The notes below the pieces were generated by a model. The model was not told the DNA's origin and ran no database searches. It worked only from the letters and a program-made list of their open reading frames with translations. Made by a program: the position numbers and the translations under genes. Shown piece by piece: positions 52,050-62,195 of a stretch of DNA of 64,000 bases. Positions within the stretch are counted from its first letter, which is position 1, and each line of letters opens with the position of its first letter. The DNA comes from an uncultured delta proteobacterium (GTDB taxonomy: Bacteria > Myxococcota_A > Polyangia > Polyangiales > B10-G4), in assembly GCA_963727445.1 (NCBI GenBank), contig CAVSGI010000011.1, positions 96,001 through 160,000 on the forward strand, written 5' to 3'.

Positions 52050-54077
52050 ATGAGTGGGTTGAACGCCGCGCAGCGGGCGGCGGTAGAGCATGAGCAGGGG
52101 CCTCTTCTGGTCCTCGCGGGCGCGGGGAGCGGCAAGACCCGGGTCATCACCCACCGCATCGCCCGGCTCCTCGAGCGCGGGACGCGGCCCGACGCGATCC
52201 TCGCCGTGAGCTTCACCAACAAGGCGGCTCACGAGATGCGCGAGCGCATGGAGAAGCTCGTCGGCAAGAAGGCGGCGGGTGAGCTCTGGCTCTCCACCTT
52301 CCACAGCTTCGGCGTCCGCTTTCTCGGCGAGGAGGGCAAGGCGCTGGGGCACGACGGCCGCTTCGTGATCTTCGATCAAGGCGATTGCCTCGGCCTGGTC
52401 AAAGAGTTGCTCAAGCCCAAGCGCAGCCTCCGCGGCCTGGACGCGATGGCGCTCCTGACGCGGATCTCGCTCTGGAAGAACGCCTTCAAGAAGCCCGAGG
52501 ACCTCCCCGACAGCGACTTCGAGTACGACGCGGTGGCGCGCGAGATCTACCCCGAGTACGAGGCGTCGCTTCGTTCCATGCGTGCGGTGGACTTCGACGA
52601 CCTGGTGGTGGTGCCGGCGCGCATCCTCGCCGAGCGCGAGGACATCCGGGACAAGTGGCGCGGGCGCTTCCGGCACCTGATGATCGACGAGTTCCAGGAC
52701 ACGAACAGATCGCAGCTCGAGCTCATCCGCCTGCTCACCAATCAGCTCATGAACGTCTGCGTGGTCGGCGACGACGACCAGAGCATCTATGGTTGGCGAG
52801 GCGCCGACGTCGGCAACATCCTCGACTTCGAGCGGCACTTCGCCGGCACCAAGGTCATCAAGCTCGAGGACAACTACCGCTCCAAGGCGCCGATCATCGA
52901 GGTCGCCAACCAGGCGATCGCCCTGTCGACCCAGGCGCGCCACGGCAAGACGCTCCGGCCCGCCCGCGGTCCGGGAGAGCCGGTGCGGCTCTCGGTGGCG
53001 GAGGATCCGGTGGCCGAGGCGAAGCTCGTCACGCGCGAAATCGAAGACCTGGTCAAGAAGGAGGGCTTCCGTTTCGGCGACGTCGCCGTGCTCTATCGCT
53101 CGAACCTGCAGGCGCGGGTGCTCGAGGAGGAGCTCCAGATCTTCGACGTCCCCTACCGCATGCTGGGCGGCCAGCAGTTCTTCGATCGCAAAGAGGTCAA
53201 GGACGCGGCGGCGTACCTCCGCGTCCTCATCCACCCGCGCGACGAGATGTCGATGCGGCGAATCATCAACTATCCCGGACGCGGCATCGGAGCGACAAGC
53301 ATCGAGCGCATGGCGACCTGGGCGACGGCGCGCGGTCGGCCCTTCGCACACGCGCTCGATCACATCGAGGAGATCGAAGGGATCCCCGCCAACGGCAGGC
53401 GCGCCGCGGTCATGCTTCGCGAGACGCTCCAGGCGGCGCGCGACCAGATCGAGAGCGGCGACCCCATCGCCCAGACGGCCGCCATCCTCTTCGACTCGGT
53501 GGGGATCAAGAGCGACCTCTTGGACGAGACGGCCGGGGCGTCGGGGCCGCGGCGCTGGCAGAACGTGCTCTATCTGATCAAGGCGATCGAGCGCTTCGAG
53601 CAGTCGCCCGAAGGTGACAAGCCCAGCCTGTCGACCTTCCTGCACCGCATCACCACCCGCTTCCAGGAAGCCAAGCAGGAGAGCGACGACCCCAAGAACC
53701 TGGTGACGCTCTCGACCCTTCATGGCTGTAAGGGTCTCGAGTTCCCCGTCGTCTTCCTGATCGGGTGCGTCGAAGGGCAGCTGCCCCACCGCCGCACCAC
53801 CGACCCGAAGATCACCGAGGCCGCGCCCACCGACGTCGAGGAGGAGCGACGGCTCTTCTACGTCGGGGTCACGCGGGCTCGTGACCGCCTCTACCTGACG
53901 CGCTCGCGCAAGGCGGTGGCGCGCGGCAAGCTCGTGCCGCTCACCCCCAGCCGTTTCCTCGACGGCCTGCCCGAGGCCTCGATGACCGAGTACGAACGCC
54001 CCGACGAGCAGCCGGTGGAAGCCTCCGAGACCGCCGACTTCGCCAAGAGCATCCTCGACTCGCTGCTGAGCAGCTGA
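52050..54077 (+). CDS. UvrD/Rep/PcrA family DNA helicase
   Basis: AGAGSGKT, TFHS, DEFQD, VGDDDQSIYGWRGA, NYRS, HGCKGLEF, EERRLFYVGVTRA. Confidence 0.95.
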   Translation: MSGLNAAQRAAVEHEQGPLLVLAGAGSGKTRVITHRIARLLERGTRPDAILAVSFTNKAAHEMRERMEKLVGKKAAGELWLSTFHSFGVRFLGEEGKALGHDGRFVIFDQGDCLGLVKELLKPKRSLRGLDAMALLTRISLWKNAFKKPEDLPDSDFEYDAVAREIYPEYEASLRSMRAVDFDDLVVVPARILAEREDIRDKWRGRFRHLMIDEFQDTNRSQLELIRLLTNQLMNVCVVGDDDQSIYGWRGADVGNILDFERHFAGTKVIKLEDNYRSKAPIIEVANQAIALSTQARHGKTLRPARGPGEPVRLSVAEDPVAEAKLVTREIEDLVKKEGFRFGDVAVLYRSNLQARVLEEELQIFDVPYRMLGGQQFFDRKEVKDAAAYLRVLIHPRDEMSMRRIINYPGRGIGATSIERMATWATARGRPFAHALDHIEEIEGIPANGRRAAVMLRETLQAARDQIESGDPIAQTAAILFDSVGIKSDLLDETAGASGPRRWQNVLYLIKAIERFEQSPEGDKPSLSTFLHRITTRFQEAKQESDDPKNLVTLSTLHGCKGLEFPVVFLIGCVEGQLPHRRTTDPKITEAAPTDVEEERRLFYVGVTRARDRLYLTRSRKAVARGKLVPLTPSRFLDGLPEASMTEYERPDEQPVEASETADFAKSILDSLLSS

Positions 54078-54145
54078 GCGTCTGTATGAGCGGTCCGCGC
54101 GGGCGCTTCTGACGCCGCGCGAGGGATGGGGCTAGGATGCCGCGC

Positions 54146-55342
54146 ATGGCGACTCTCGACGTGGACGCGGCACGCGCGGCATTCCCGGCGCTCGGCTCCG
54201 GCTGGGCTCTCTTCGACAACGCTGGCGGGAGCGTGGCGCCGCTGCCGGTGATCGATCGGGTGCACGAGCACATGACGAAGCGATACGTGCAGCTCGACGC
54301 GGCCTATGCGCTCTCCGAGCAGGCGACGGAGAACGTCGCCGCGGGGCATGCAGCGGCGGCGCAGCTGATCGGCGCCGCGCCGGACGAGGTGGTCCTCGGC
54401 CCGTCGAGCACCATGAACGTCTACGTCTTGTCGCGCGCGCTGCGCGCCACGTGGAAAGAAGGTGACGAGATCGTCGTCACCGACCTCGATCACGAGTGCA
54501 ATTCGGGCGCGTGGCGGCGGCTCGAAGAGACCGGCATCGTGGTACGGGAGTGGCGCTTCGATCGGGACGCGGTCGAGCTTCGTCTCGAAGACCTCGAGCC
54601 GCTCTTGAACGAGCGCACCCGCCTGGTGTGCTTCACGCACTGCTCGAACGTGGTCGGCACGATTCACGACGTGGCCGCGATCACCGAGCGCGTGCACCAG
54701 GCCGGCGCCCGGGTCTGCGTCGACGGCGTGGCTCATGCGCCCCACCGCCGCGTGGACGTGAAGAAGCTCGGCGTCGACTACTACTTCCTCAGCCTCTACA
54801 AAGTCTACGGACCGCATCTGGGGCTCTTTTACGGAAGGCGCTCGCATCTCGTCGAGGCGCGCAATCAGAACCACTTCTTCTTCGGCGAAGAGAAGATCCC
54901 CGGCAAGCTCATGCCCGGAAACGTGAGCCACGAGCTGGCGGTTTCCCTCCCTGGCATCCTCGAGTATCTCGGGGGGCGCGGTGACGACCTCGACGACGCC
55001 TTCGCGCGCTTCGCGGCTCACGAAGAAGCCGTCGGCGGTCGACTCCTCGACTATCTCGATTCGCGGCGCGACATTCGCATCATCGGACGACGCGATCCCG
55101 ATCGCGCGCGCCGGGTACCGACAATCACCTTCACCGTGGATGGTCGTGCGCCCGACGAGATACCCGCGTCTTGCGCCGAGGACGGCGTCGCCCTGGGTGC
55201 CGGACACTTCTACGCCCCGCGCGCCATCGAGGGCCTGGGGCTGACGGAGCGCGGCGGAGTGATCCGCGCCTCCATGGTGCACTACACGAGCGAAGAGGAC
55301 GTGGATCGGCTGATCGCGTCTCTCGATCGCGTGCTGGGTTGA
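54146..55342 (+). CDS. Class V aminotransferase / cysteine desulfurase-like protein
   Basis: FDNAGGS, DHECN, CSNVVG, DGV..APH, SLYKVYGPH, GHFYA. Confidence 0.88.
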   Translation: MATLDVDAARAAFPALGSGWALFDNAGGSVAPLPVIDRVHEHMTKRYVQLDAAYALSEQATENVAAGHAAAAQLIGAAPDEVVLGPSSTMNVYVLSRALRATWKEGDEIVVTDLDHECNSGAWRRLEETGIVVREWRFDRDAVELRLEDLEPLLNERTRLVCFTHCSNVVGTIHDVAAITERVHQAGARVCVDGVAHAPHRRVDVKKLGVDYYFLSLYKVYGPHLGLFYGRRSHLVEARNQNHFFFGEEKIPGKLMPGNVSHELAVSLPGILEYLGGRGDDLDDAFARFAAHEEAVGGRLLDYLDSRRDIRIIGRRDPDRARRVPTITFTVDGRAPDEIPASCAEDGVALGAGHFYAPRAIEGLGLTERGGVIRASMVHYTSEEDVDRLIASLDRVLG

Positions 55343-55440
55343 GGCAGTCAAGAGCAGCGCAATTGCGCCTCTTTCAGGGAGTTTGATCAAACTCCGCGGG
55401 TCCGGTGACTCATGCCCAACACCCGAACTGAGGGAGACAC

Positions 55441-55989
55441 ATGCGCCCAGCTTCACTCGTTACCGTTCTGCTTCTCGGCCTCGTTGCTTGCGGAGGGGAC
55501 GGCACCCCGGCCTCCGATGCGGGAGGGGACGCGGGGACGCCTTCTGCGTGCCCCGGCCCGGGCTGCGTCATCGCCGGAACCGTCGCGACCTGCATGACCG
55601 GCTTCGCGTGCACCGTCCCGATGATGGGGACGGTCGAGTGTGGCGCGGGCAGCACCTGCGTCGGAACCTGCGGCAATTCCTGCGACGTGAGCTGCACCGA
55701 TGGCGCGAGCTGCATGGTGACCACGGGCAACAGCACGAGCTCCAGCTGCGATGCTTCGACCTGCGTGGTCACCGCGGGTGACAGCGCGAGCTACGATTGC
55801 ACCGGGGAGGCGACCTGTCAGGTCACGGCTGGCGAGGGCTCGAGCCTCAACTGCGACGGGGAGTCGGTCTGCGACTTCGTCTGCACCAGCACCTGCAGCG
55901 CGACCTGTCGGGGCGACTCGACCTGCACCATCCAGTGCCCGAGCGACACCATGCCGCGCATGTTCGACGGCGAGGTCAGCTGCGAGTAG
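55441..55989 (+). CDS. Small Cys-rich repeat lipoprotein
   Basis: LVA-C lipobox; C-x5-C-x-V-x repeats; GGAG RBS. Confidence 0.78.
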   Translation: MRPASLVTVLLLGLVACGGDGTPASDAGGDAGTPSACPGPGCVIAGTVATCMTGFACTVPMMGTVECGAGSTCVGTCGNSCDVSCTDGASCMVTTGNSTSSSCDASTCVVTAGDSASYDCTGEATCQVTAGEGSSLNCDGESVCDFVCTSTCSATCRGDSTCTIQCPSDTMPRMFDGEVSCE

Positions 55990-55990
55990 C

Positions 55991-56590
55991 TCAGAGCAAC
56001 AGTAGCCCGCGGCGCGCGGCGACGACCACCGCCTCGGTGCGGGAGCGTGCGTCGAGCTTTCCGAGGATGGAGGCGATGTGGAACTTCGCCGTGTGCTCGC
56101 TGATCTCGAGCCGCGCGGCGATGCGCTTGTTGCTGAGCCCGTCGGCGAGGAGCTCGAGGACCTCGCGCTCGCGCGCGGTGAGCTCCTCGAGGTCGCCTTC
56201 GGCCGTCGTGGTGCTCCGCTCGAGCCTCCCGTCGATGACCGTGAGCCCATGCTGCACGGCGAGGATCGCCGCGAGGATCCGGTCGGCATCGGCGCCGCGG
56301 CGCACCGCGCCCCTGGCGCCTCGAACGAGGGCGCTCTCGAGGAGCGCGTCGTCGGCCAGGAGCGCGAGCACCGGCGCGTGGCCGCCGTCCACCTCGGCGA
56401 GGGCGAGGAGCGCGCGCTCGGGGTCGGCGCCCGTGTCCACGAGGACCACATCTGCCTCACTCTCGTCGTCGACCACCTCGAGCCCCCGCTCGGCGAGCAT
56501 CGCCGAAAAGCCCTCGCGGACGAGGGGATCGCCTGCCACGACCGCGAGTCGCGGGGGGTCCTGCTCTTGCAGCGGCGGACTCTTGGCCAT
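55991..56590 (-). CDS. LuxR/NarL-family response regulator with atypical receiver
   Basis: LTAREREVL..GLSNKRIA..ISEHTAKFH HTH. Confidence 0.9.
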   Translation of the reverse strand: MAKSPPLQEQDPPRLAVVAGDPLVREGFSAMLAERGLEVVDDESEADVVLVDTGADPERALLALAEVDGGHAPVLALLADDALLESALVRGARGAVRRGADADRILAAILAVQHGLTVIDGRLERSTTTAEGDLEELTAREREVLELLADGLSNKRIAARLEISEHTAKFHIASILGKLDARSRTEAVVVAARRGLLLL

Positions 56591-56735
56591 CCCGAAGAGA
56601 GGAACTTGTGGCCCCTTCGGCCAGGGTCAACCTCCCCGATCGGGTGGGGTGGGCCCGCGCCCCTGACCGAACGAGTCGCGACAGGCCCGCCCAACGGCCG
56701 ATGTGAAGGGCGCCGGGAAGACCGAGAGTCGACCC

Positions 56736-57629
56736 ATGGCCAACGAATCTCTCCCCGCTCTCGACCAATCCCTCACCCGTGCGGTCTCCGCCGCCTCCGC
56801 TTCGGTGGTTCGCGTCTCCGGGCATCGCCGCACCGCCAGCGGCATCGTGTTCCGCGAGCCGAACCTCGTCGTCACCGCCAGCCACGCCATCCGGCACGAA
56901 AAGGATATCCGCATCGCCACCGAGGACGGTGCGCACCACGACGCCGAGTTGGTCGGCCGTCACCGCGGCACCGACACCGCGCTGTTGCGCGTGAGGGACG
57001 CCGAGCTCACGCCGCTCGCCTTTCGCGACGCCGACGACCTCGCGACCGGTAATCTCACCCTGGCGCTCGCGCGCCCGGGCCGCGCCATCCGCGCCTCGCT
57101 GCGCATCGTGGGTGTGCTCGCCGGCGAGATCGAGACGCCCTTCGGCGGCCGGCTCGACACTTACATCGAAACGGACCGCGGTCTTCCCTACGGCTTCGCC
57201 GGCGGGCCGCTCGTCGATCTCGAAGGCCGCGCCATCGGCATGAACACCGACGGCGTGCTTCGCGGCGCCGACCTCGCCATCCCCAAGGCGACCCTCGACC
57301 GCGTCGTCGACGCCATCCTCGCCGACGGCGGCGTGAAGCGCGGCTACCTCGGCGTGGCGGTGCGACCGGTGCGCCTCCCCGACGACGTGGCGAAGGACAC
57401 GGGCCAACACCGCGGCGCGCTGGTCGTCGACGTCGAGAAGGGCTCGCAAGCCGAAGCGAGCGGGTTGGTGCTGGGCGACGTGCTCCTGTCGCTCGGAGGC
57501 GATCCGATCACGGGGCCGCGCTCGCTCGCGGCGGCGCTCCGCGATCGCGTGGCCACCGAGGTCGACGCAGAGCTGCTGCGCGGCGGACAGAAGCAGAAGC
57601 TCCAGATCACCACCGGAGAGCGCCTGTGA
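56736..57629 (+). CDS. S1C/HtrA-like protein with PDZ domain; catalytic Ser apparently replaced by Ala
   Basis: TASH, TDTALL, GFAGGPL, RGYLGV PDZ. Confidence 0.85.
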   Translation: MANESLPALDQSLTRAVSAASASVVRVSGHRRTASGIVFREPNLVVTASHAIRHEKDIRIATEDGAHHDAELVGRHRGTDTALLRVRDAELTPLAFRDADDLATGNLTLALARPGRAIRASLRIVGVLAGEIETPFGGRLDTYIETDRGLPYGFAGGPLVDLEGRAIGMNTDGVLRGADLAIPKATLDRVVDAILADGGVKRGYLGVAVRPVRLPDDVAKDTGQHRGALVVDVEKGSQAEASGLVLGDVLLSLGGDPITGPRSLAAALRDRVATEVDAELLRGGQKQKLQITTGERL

Positions 57630-58591
57630 GTGACGCCGCCGCCGAGTCCGACCGAGCGCTCCTCGACGCTTACTCGCGCACGGTGGTCGGTGTGGTCGAG
57701 GCCGTCGGCCCGGCGGTGGCGAGCATCCGCATCCGCGGTGGGCGGCGGGAGCGCCGCCGCATGTCACCGGTCGGCGAAGGCTCCGGCCTCGCCTTCACCC
57801 CGGACGGACACGTGCTGACGAATAGCCACGTCGTCAGCGGCGCGAAGCACATCGAGGTCCGTTTCGAGGATGGTGAAGTGCGCGCCGCGCAGCTGATCGG
57901 CGACGACTCCGCCACGGACCTCGCCGTGGTGCGCGTCGACACCGAGCGCCTGGATCACGTCCCGCTCGACGAGGTGGAAGAAAGGCCGCGGCCGGGACAG
58001 GTGGCGATCGCCATCGGAAACCCGTTGGGCTTCTCCTCCACCGTCTCCACCGGCGTGGTGAGCGCGCTCGGCCGGAGCCTGCGTGGTCAGGGTGGCCGCC
58101 TGATCGACGACGTGGTCCAGCACACAGCACCGCTGAATCCCGGAAGCTCCGGCGGTCCTCTGGTCAGCTCGGGCGGACGTCTGCTCGGCGTGAACACCGC
58201 GATGATGTCTCGCTCGCAGGGCATCGGTTTCGCGGTGCCCGCGCGCACGGCCGTCTGGGTTGCAGGTGAGCTCCTCGCCCGGGGACGCGTGCGCCGCGGT
58301 TATCTCGGGCTCGGCGTCACGACCCGGCCTCTTTCAGCGCCCGTGAAGCGCCGCGCAGGTCTATCGCAGGACGCGGCGGTCCTGGTGACCGAGCTCGCGG
58401 ACGACGGGCCCGCCCGTCAGGCCGGCGTCCAGCCAGGAGACCTCCTCCTCAGCTTCGCGGACAGCGTCGTGCGCGGGGTGGACGACCTGCACCGACACCT
58501 CACCGCCGACATGGTGGGTCGTCCGGTACCGATCACCGTGCTTCGCGATGGCGAACTGCAGACGCTCGAAGTACGACCCACCGAAGCGTGA
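57626..58591 (+). CDS. S1C/HtrA-like serine protease with PDZ domain
   Basis: TNSHVV, TDLAVV, IGNPLG, LNPGSSGGPL, RGYLG. Confidence 0.92.
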   Translation: MSDAAAESDRALLDAYSRTVVGVVEAVGPAVASIRIRGGRRERRRMSPVGEGSGLAFTPDGHVLTNSHVVSGAKHIEVRFEDGEVRAAQLIGDDSATDLAVVRVDTERLDHVPLDEVEERPRPGQVAIAIGNPLGFSSTVSTGVVSALGRSLRGQGGRLIDDVVQHTAPLNPGSSGGPLVSSGGRLLGVNTAMMSRSQGIGFAVPARTAVWVAGELLARGRVRRGYLGLGVTTRPLSAPVKRRAGLSQDAAVLVTELADDGPARQAGVQPGDLLLSFADSVVRGVDDLHRHLTADMVGRPVPITVLRDGELQTLEVRPTEA

Positions 58592-58598
58592 TCGTGGA

Positions 58599-59894
58599 TC
58601 AGTGTGGGGGAGGGAGCTTGGCGTGCGAGTCGCCGAAGAGGCCCTTCACGAAGCGCCAGAGCTTTGCGTACCAGGGCGGCTGCTCGCCGAGCACCGATTC
58701 GAGGACCTCGAGGATCTGATCACCCTCGAGCCCGGTTCCGGAGGCGCGGGGTGAGCCGCCGATGTCGCCCGAGCCACCCCAGAGGTTGGGGTTCTCGCCC
58801 CCGCTGCTCGCCTTGGGATCGATCTTGTTGAGCGCACGGTAGACCGCGGTGAGGTCCTTGCGCAGAAACGCGTCGCAGAGGCGCAGGGTGTACACGCCCG
58901 GCGCCGTCTGCAGAACGATCACGCCGAGGTCCGAGCCGTAACGCTCCTTGAGCCGTTCCTCGACGGCGTAGATGCCTTCGCCCGATGCGAGAAGGACACC
59001 GATCCGCCCGTTGGCGAGGCTCGCGCGGCCGCTCTCCTGGGTCTCGGCGAGGCGCTCGAGAACTTCGATCGGCAGAAGGCCCGCGTCGACGCGCTCGAGC
59101 TGAGCCCTGGCGTATTCGACGAAATCGATCGAAGGCCAGGCGCCCTCACCCTTGAGCTCGCGCTCTTCGGACATGAGGTCGTCGATCTGCCCGCGGACCT
59201 CCGCCTGGACCTCTTCCGAGAATCCGGTCAGCAGAGCGCGCTCCGTTCCGTGCCCGTCGATCACTCCTTCGAGGCGGATCAACGGCATGATGCGCTTCAA
59301 GAGCGCCTTGTCGTCGTTCAGGAGGTCGACGTGGTTGAGCAGCACCCACGCGGCGAGCATCGAGTCGAGGTCCGGGTCGTTGACGTACACCGTCCACATC
59401 CCGGAGGAGAGCGGCAGCCCTTGGAGGAGCATCACCACGGCCTGCTCGCAGGTGGAGAGGGTGAAGGCCCGCACGCAGCCGGCGTGGTGGTCGAGGGAGT
59501 AGTGGCGCGCTTCGTTGTCGAGGAAAGGCGCGCCGGCGTACACCCCGTCGAGGAAGATGGTCTGTGCGTCGTAGTTCTTGCGATGCCGGGCGTCGACCGT
59601 CAGTCCGCGCTCCACTCGCAGCCGAATGTTCGGCGCGTTGCCCGACTCGATGTTGCGCGCGCCCCCTCCCGAACGGATGCGGTAACGCGTGAGGTCGCGG
59701 GGCGCCGTGTCTCGGTCGGGCTCCTCCGAGGACTCGTGGATCGGAGAGCCATCGTCCACCACGGTGGCATCCGCCGACGGGGCGCTGGGGGTCGCCGCCT
59801 CTTCGACCGCCTCTCGAGCCTCGGGCGATGGAGCGCCGTCCTCGGACTTTTCGTCCGGCTTCGGAGAAGCTTCCTCTCGGACCAGGTGAGGCAT
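58599..59894 (-). CDS. DHH-like phosphoesterase-fold protein with acidic disordered N-terminus
   Basis: SLDHH, NDPDLDS, C-terminal WGGSGDIGGSPR. Confidence 0.6.
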   Translation of the reverse strand: MPHLVREEASPKPDEKSEDGAPSPEAREAVEEAATPSAPSADATVVDDGSPIHESSEEPDRDTAPRDLTRYRIRSGGGARNIESGNAPNIRLRVERGLTVDARHRKNYDAQTIFLDGVYAGAPFLDNEARHYSLDHHAGCVRAFTLSTCEQAVVMLLQGLPLSSGMWTVYVNDPDLDSMLAAWVLLNHVDLLNDDKALLKRIMPLIRLEGVIDGHGTERALLTGFSEEVQAEVRGQIDDLMSEERELKGEGAWPSIDFVEYARAQLERVDAGLLPIEVLERLAETQESGRASLANGRIGVLLASGEGIYAVEERLKERYGSDLGVIVLQTAPGVYTLRLCDAFLRKDLTAVYRALNKIDPKASSGGENPNLWGGSGDIGGSPRASGTGLEGDQILEVLESVLGEQPPWYAKLWRFVKGLFGDSHAKLPPPH

Positions 59895-60011
59895 CGACGA
59901 TGGGTAAGGTAACACTCCCGCGAGAGCCGTCAGCCCCCGGCCAGCGGCCGCACGGAAGTCCACAGCCTCGCGCTGTACCGTGAAACCAACATCGGTGGTA
60001 GACCGTCCGCC

Positions 60012-61442
60012 ATGTCGGACGAAGAGATGAGCCTGCCGGCGCCCGAGCGGGGCATCTATTGCAACCGCACGCTGAATCTCCGGTCGATCCGCGCGATCGG
60101 TTTCGACATGGATTACACGCTCATCCACTACCGACCGGAGGAGTGGGAGCGGCGTGCCTTTGCGCACTTGAAGCGGCGCCTCGCCGAGCGTGGTTGGCCG
60201 GTGGGCGACGTCGAGTTCGATCCGAAGCAGATCACCCTCGGGCTCATCGTCGACCTCGAGCTCGGCAACGTCGTGAAGGCCAACCGTTTCGGCTACGTGA
60301 AGAAGGCGATGCACGGGACGCGAGTGCTGGAGTTCGACGAGCAGCGGGCGGCCTACGCTCGCGTGCTGGTGGACCTGAGGGAGCCGCGCTGGGTGTTCAT
60401 GAACACCCTCTTCGGCCTCTCGGAGGGCTGCATGTTCCTCCACGCCGTCGACCTCTATGACGACGGCCGCCTCGAGGGCGTGCACGGCTACGGTGACCTC
60501 TACCGCGCGGTGCGCGCGAGCCTCGACGCGACTCACATGGAGGGCGCGCTGAAGGCGGAGATCGCGGCCAACCCGGATCCTTTCGTCGTCTCGGACCCCG
60601 AGCTCGCGCTGGCGCTCCTCGACCTCAAGCACGCTGGCAAGAAGCTCCTGCTCATCACCAACTCCGAGTGGTGGTACACGCGCGACATGATGCGAATCTG
60701 CTTCGATGAGCATCTGCCGGGGAAGATGACCTGGCGCGATCTCTTCGACGTGAAGATCGTGTCGGCGCGCAAGCCCGGTTTCTTCAGCAGCCGGTCCTCG
60801 CTCTTTCGAGTCGTCGACGAAGAGGGGCTCCTCAGGCCCGCGATGCGCATCGAGGAGGACGGGATCTACCTCGGGGGCAACGCGCAGCTGGTGGAGGAGT
60901 ACCTGGGTGTTCCGGGGGACGACATCCTCTACGTCGGAGACCACGTCTTCGCCGACGTCAACGTCAGCAAGAGCATGCTCCGCTGGCGCACCGGGCTGGT
61001 GGTCCGGGAGCTCGAGGAGGAGATCCGCGCCCTCGAGAGCTTCAAGCCGAAGCAGCGAGAGCTCACCCGGATGATGGAGGACAAGATCCTCCTCGAGCAT
61101 CGCTTCAGCGAGATTCGCATCCAGCTCCAGCGCCTGCGTCGAGGTTACGGGCCGCAGCCAAGGGACCACGCCGAGGCCCTCGACGCGCGCATGACGGCGC
61201 TACGCGAGAAGCTCGTCGCCCTCGACGCGAAGATCGCGCCCCTGGCGCGGGAGGCCGGCGAGCTGATGAACCCGAACTGGGGCCTGCTCATGCGCACCGG
61301 GAACGACAAGAGCCATCTCGCACGACAGATCGAGCGCTACGCGGACATCTACACCAGCCGCGTGTCGAACTTCCTGCTGCACACGCCGTTTCTCTACGCG
61401 CGCTCGCCCCGAGGCTCGCTGCCGCACGACTCCGAGCCCTGA
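60012..61442 (+). CDS. HAD-IG family (cN-II-like) 5'-nucleotidase
   Basis: GFDMDYTL, LITNS, ARKP, LYVGDH..D, YADIYTS. Confidence 0.93.
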   Translation: MSDEEMSLPAPERGIYCNRTLNLRSIRAIGFDMDYTLIHYRPEEWERRAFAHLKRRLAERGWPVGDVEFDPKQITLGLIVDLELGNVVKANRFGYVKKAMHGTRVLEFDEQRAAYARVLVDLREPRWVFMNTLFGLSEGCMFLHAVDLYDDGRLEGVHGYGDLYRAVRASLDATHMEGALKAEIAANPDPFVVSDPELALALLDLKHAGKKLLLITNSEWWYTRDMMRICFDEHLPGKMTWRDLFDVKIVSARKPGFFSSRSSLFRVVDEEGLLRPAMRIEEDGIYLGGNAQLVEEYLGVPGDDILYVGDHVFADVNVSKSMLRWRTGLVVRELEEEIRALESFKPKQRELTRMMEDKILLEHRFSEIRIQLQRLRRGYGPQPRDHAEALDARMTALREKLVALDAKIAPLAREAGELMNPNWGLLMRTGNDKSHLARQIERYADIYTSRVSNFLLHTPFLYARSPRGSLPHDSEP

Positions 61443-61448
61443 GCGGGC

Positions 61449-61976
61449 TCAGCGGTGATGACCGCCGCCGTGGAACCCGCCACCGCGGAAGCCGCCACGG
61501 AAACCGCCGCCACCGCGGAACGCTCCGCCGCGGAAGCCGCCGCCGACGCGGACGCTGGGACGATTGATGTGCACCCGGCTGCGCCCACCGCCGCGGACGC
61601 TGGGCCCACGGACGGGCGGCCCTTGGACGCGCACGTGCGGGCGGCCGCCGCCACGCACCTGCACGGTCGCTCTCGGCCGAGCGTAGACACGGCCGCGCGG
61701 TTGCTGCACGACGACGCGCCCGCCGCCGCGGTTGTACCCTCGGTTGTACCGATAGCCGGGGGCCACATAGGCGCCGCCGCCGTAGTAGCCGCCGCCGCCG
61801 TAGTAGCCGGTGCCGCCGTAGTAGCCGTTGTTGTAGTAGCCGTTGCCGTAGTAGCCGGTCGAGTACCCGGCCCCGGCCCCGTAATAACCAGGGGCGGGGC
61901 CACAGGCGGACGCGGTGAACGCGAGCGCAACGACGCTGAGCGTGAATACGAACCGACGCTTCAGTGTGGTGGACAT
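61449..61976 (-). CDS. Gly/Tyr/Arg-rich low-complexity lipoprotein
   Basis: ASA-C lipobox, GYYG repeats, FRGG repeats, GGAGG RBS. Confidence 0.7.
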   Translation of the reverse strand: MSTTLKRRFVFTLSVVALAFTASACGPAPGYYGAGAGYSTGYYGNGYYNNGYYGGTGYYGGGGYYGGGAYVAPGYRYNRGYNRGGGRVVVQQPRGRVYARPRATVQVRGGGRPHVRVQGPPVRGPSVRGGGRSRVHINRPSVRVGGGFRGGAFRGGGGFRGGFRGGGFHGGGHHR

Positions 61977-62046
61977 GAGACCTCCGTCGAAGGCTCTCAC
62001 CACGGCTCGTTCGGCGAGTCGCGGAAGGGAGTCACCCATTGGACGC

Positions 62047-62062
62047 TGCACTGCCCATGCCA
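62047..62062 (-). promoter_or_regulatory. Candidate sigma54 promoter TGGCATG-GGCA-GTGCA
   Basis: GG-N10-GC, about 70 nt upstream of ATG 61976. Confidence 0.5.
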
Positions 62063-62195
62063 CTTGGGTTTCGGGAAGAAATCGTCATTTTCCGCGGATC
62101 CGTGAACGATCCGACCCGCTCGATCGTCCGATCCGGCCCGGTGAGTGGGGCGTTTCGACTCAGGTGCGAACGGAGGTTCGCACCGTCGGATGCCC

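Noticed and set aside
51864..53789. N-terminal 640 aa of ORF 50727..53789
   Set aside because: Antisense to the UvrD-like helicase; the real gene starts near 51863 with a lipoprotein signal.
52050..55342. Defence system built on UvrD plus cysteine desulfurase (Gabija or Dnd-like)
   Set aside because: Canonical housekeeping-type helicase; no OLD/TOPRIM nuclease or dnd/ssp genes nearby.
59895..61169. N-terminal half of ORF 58599..61169
   Set aside because: Antisense to the 5'-nucleotidase.
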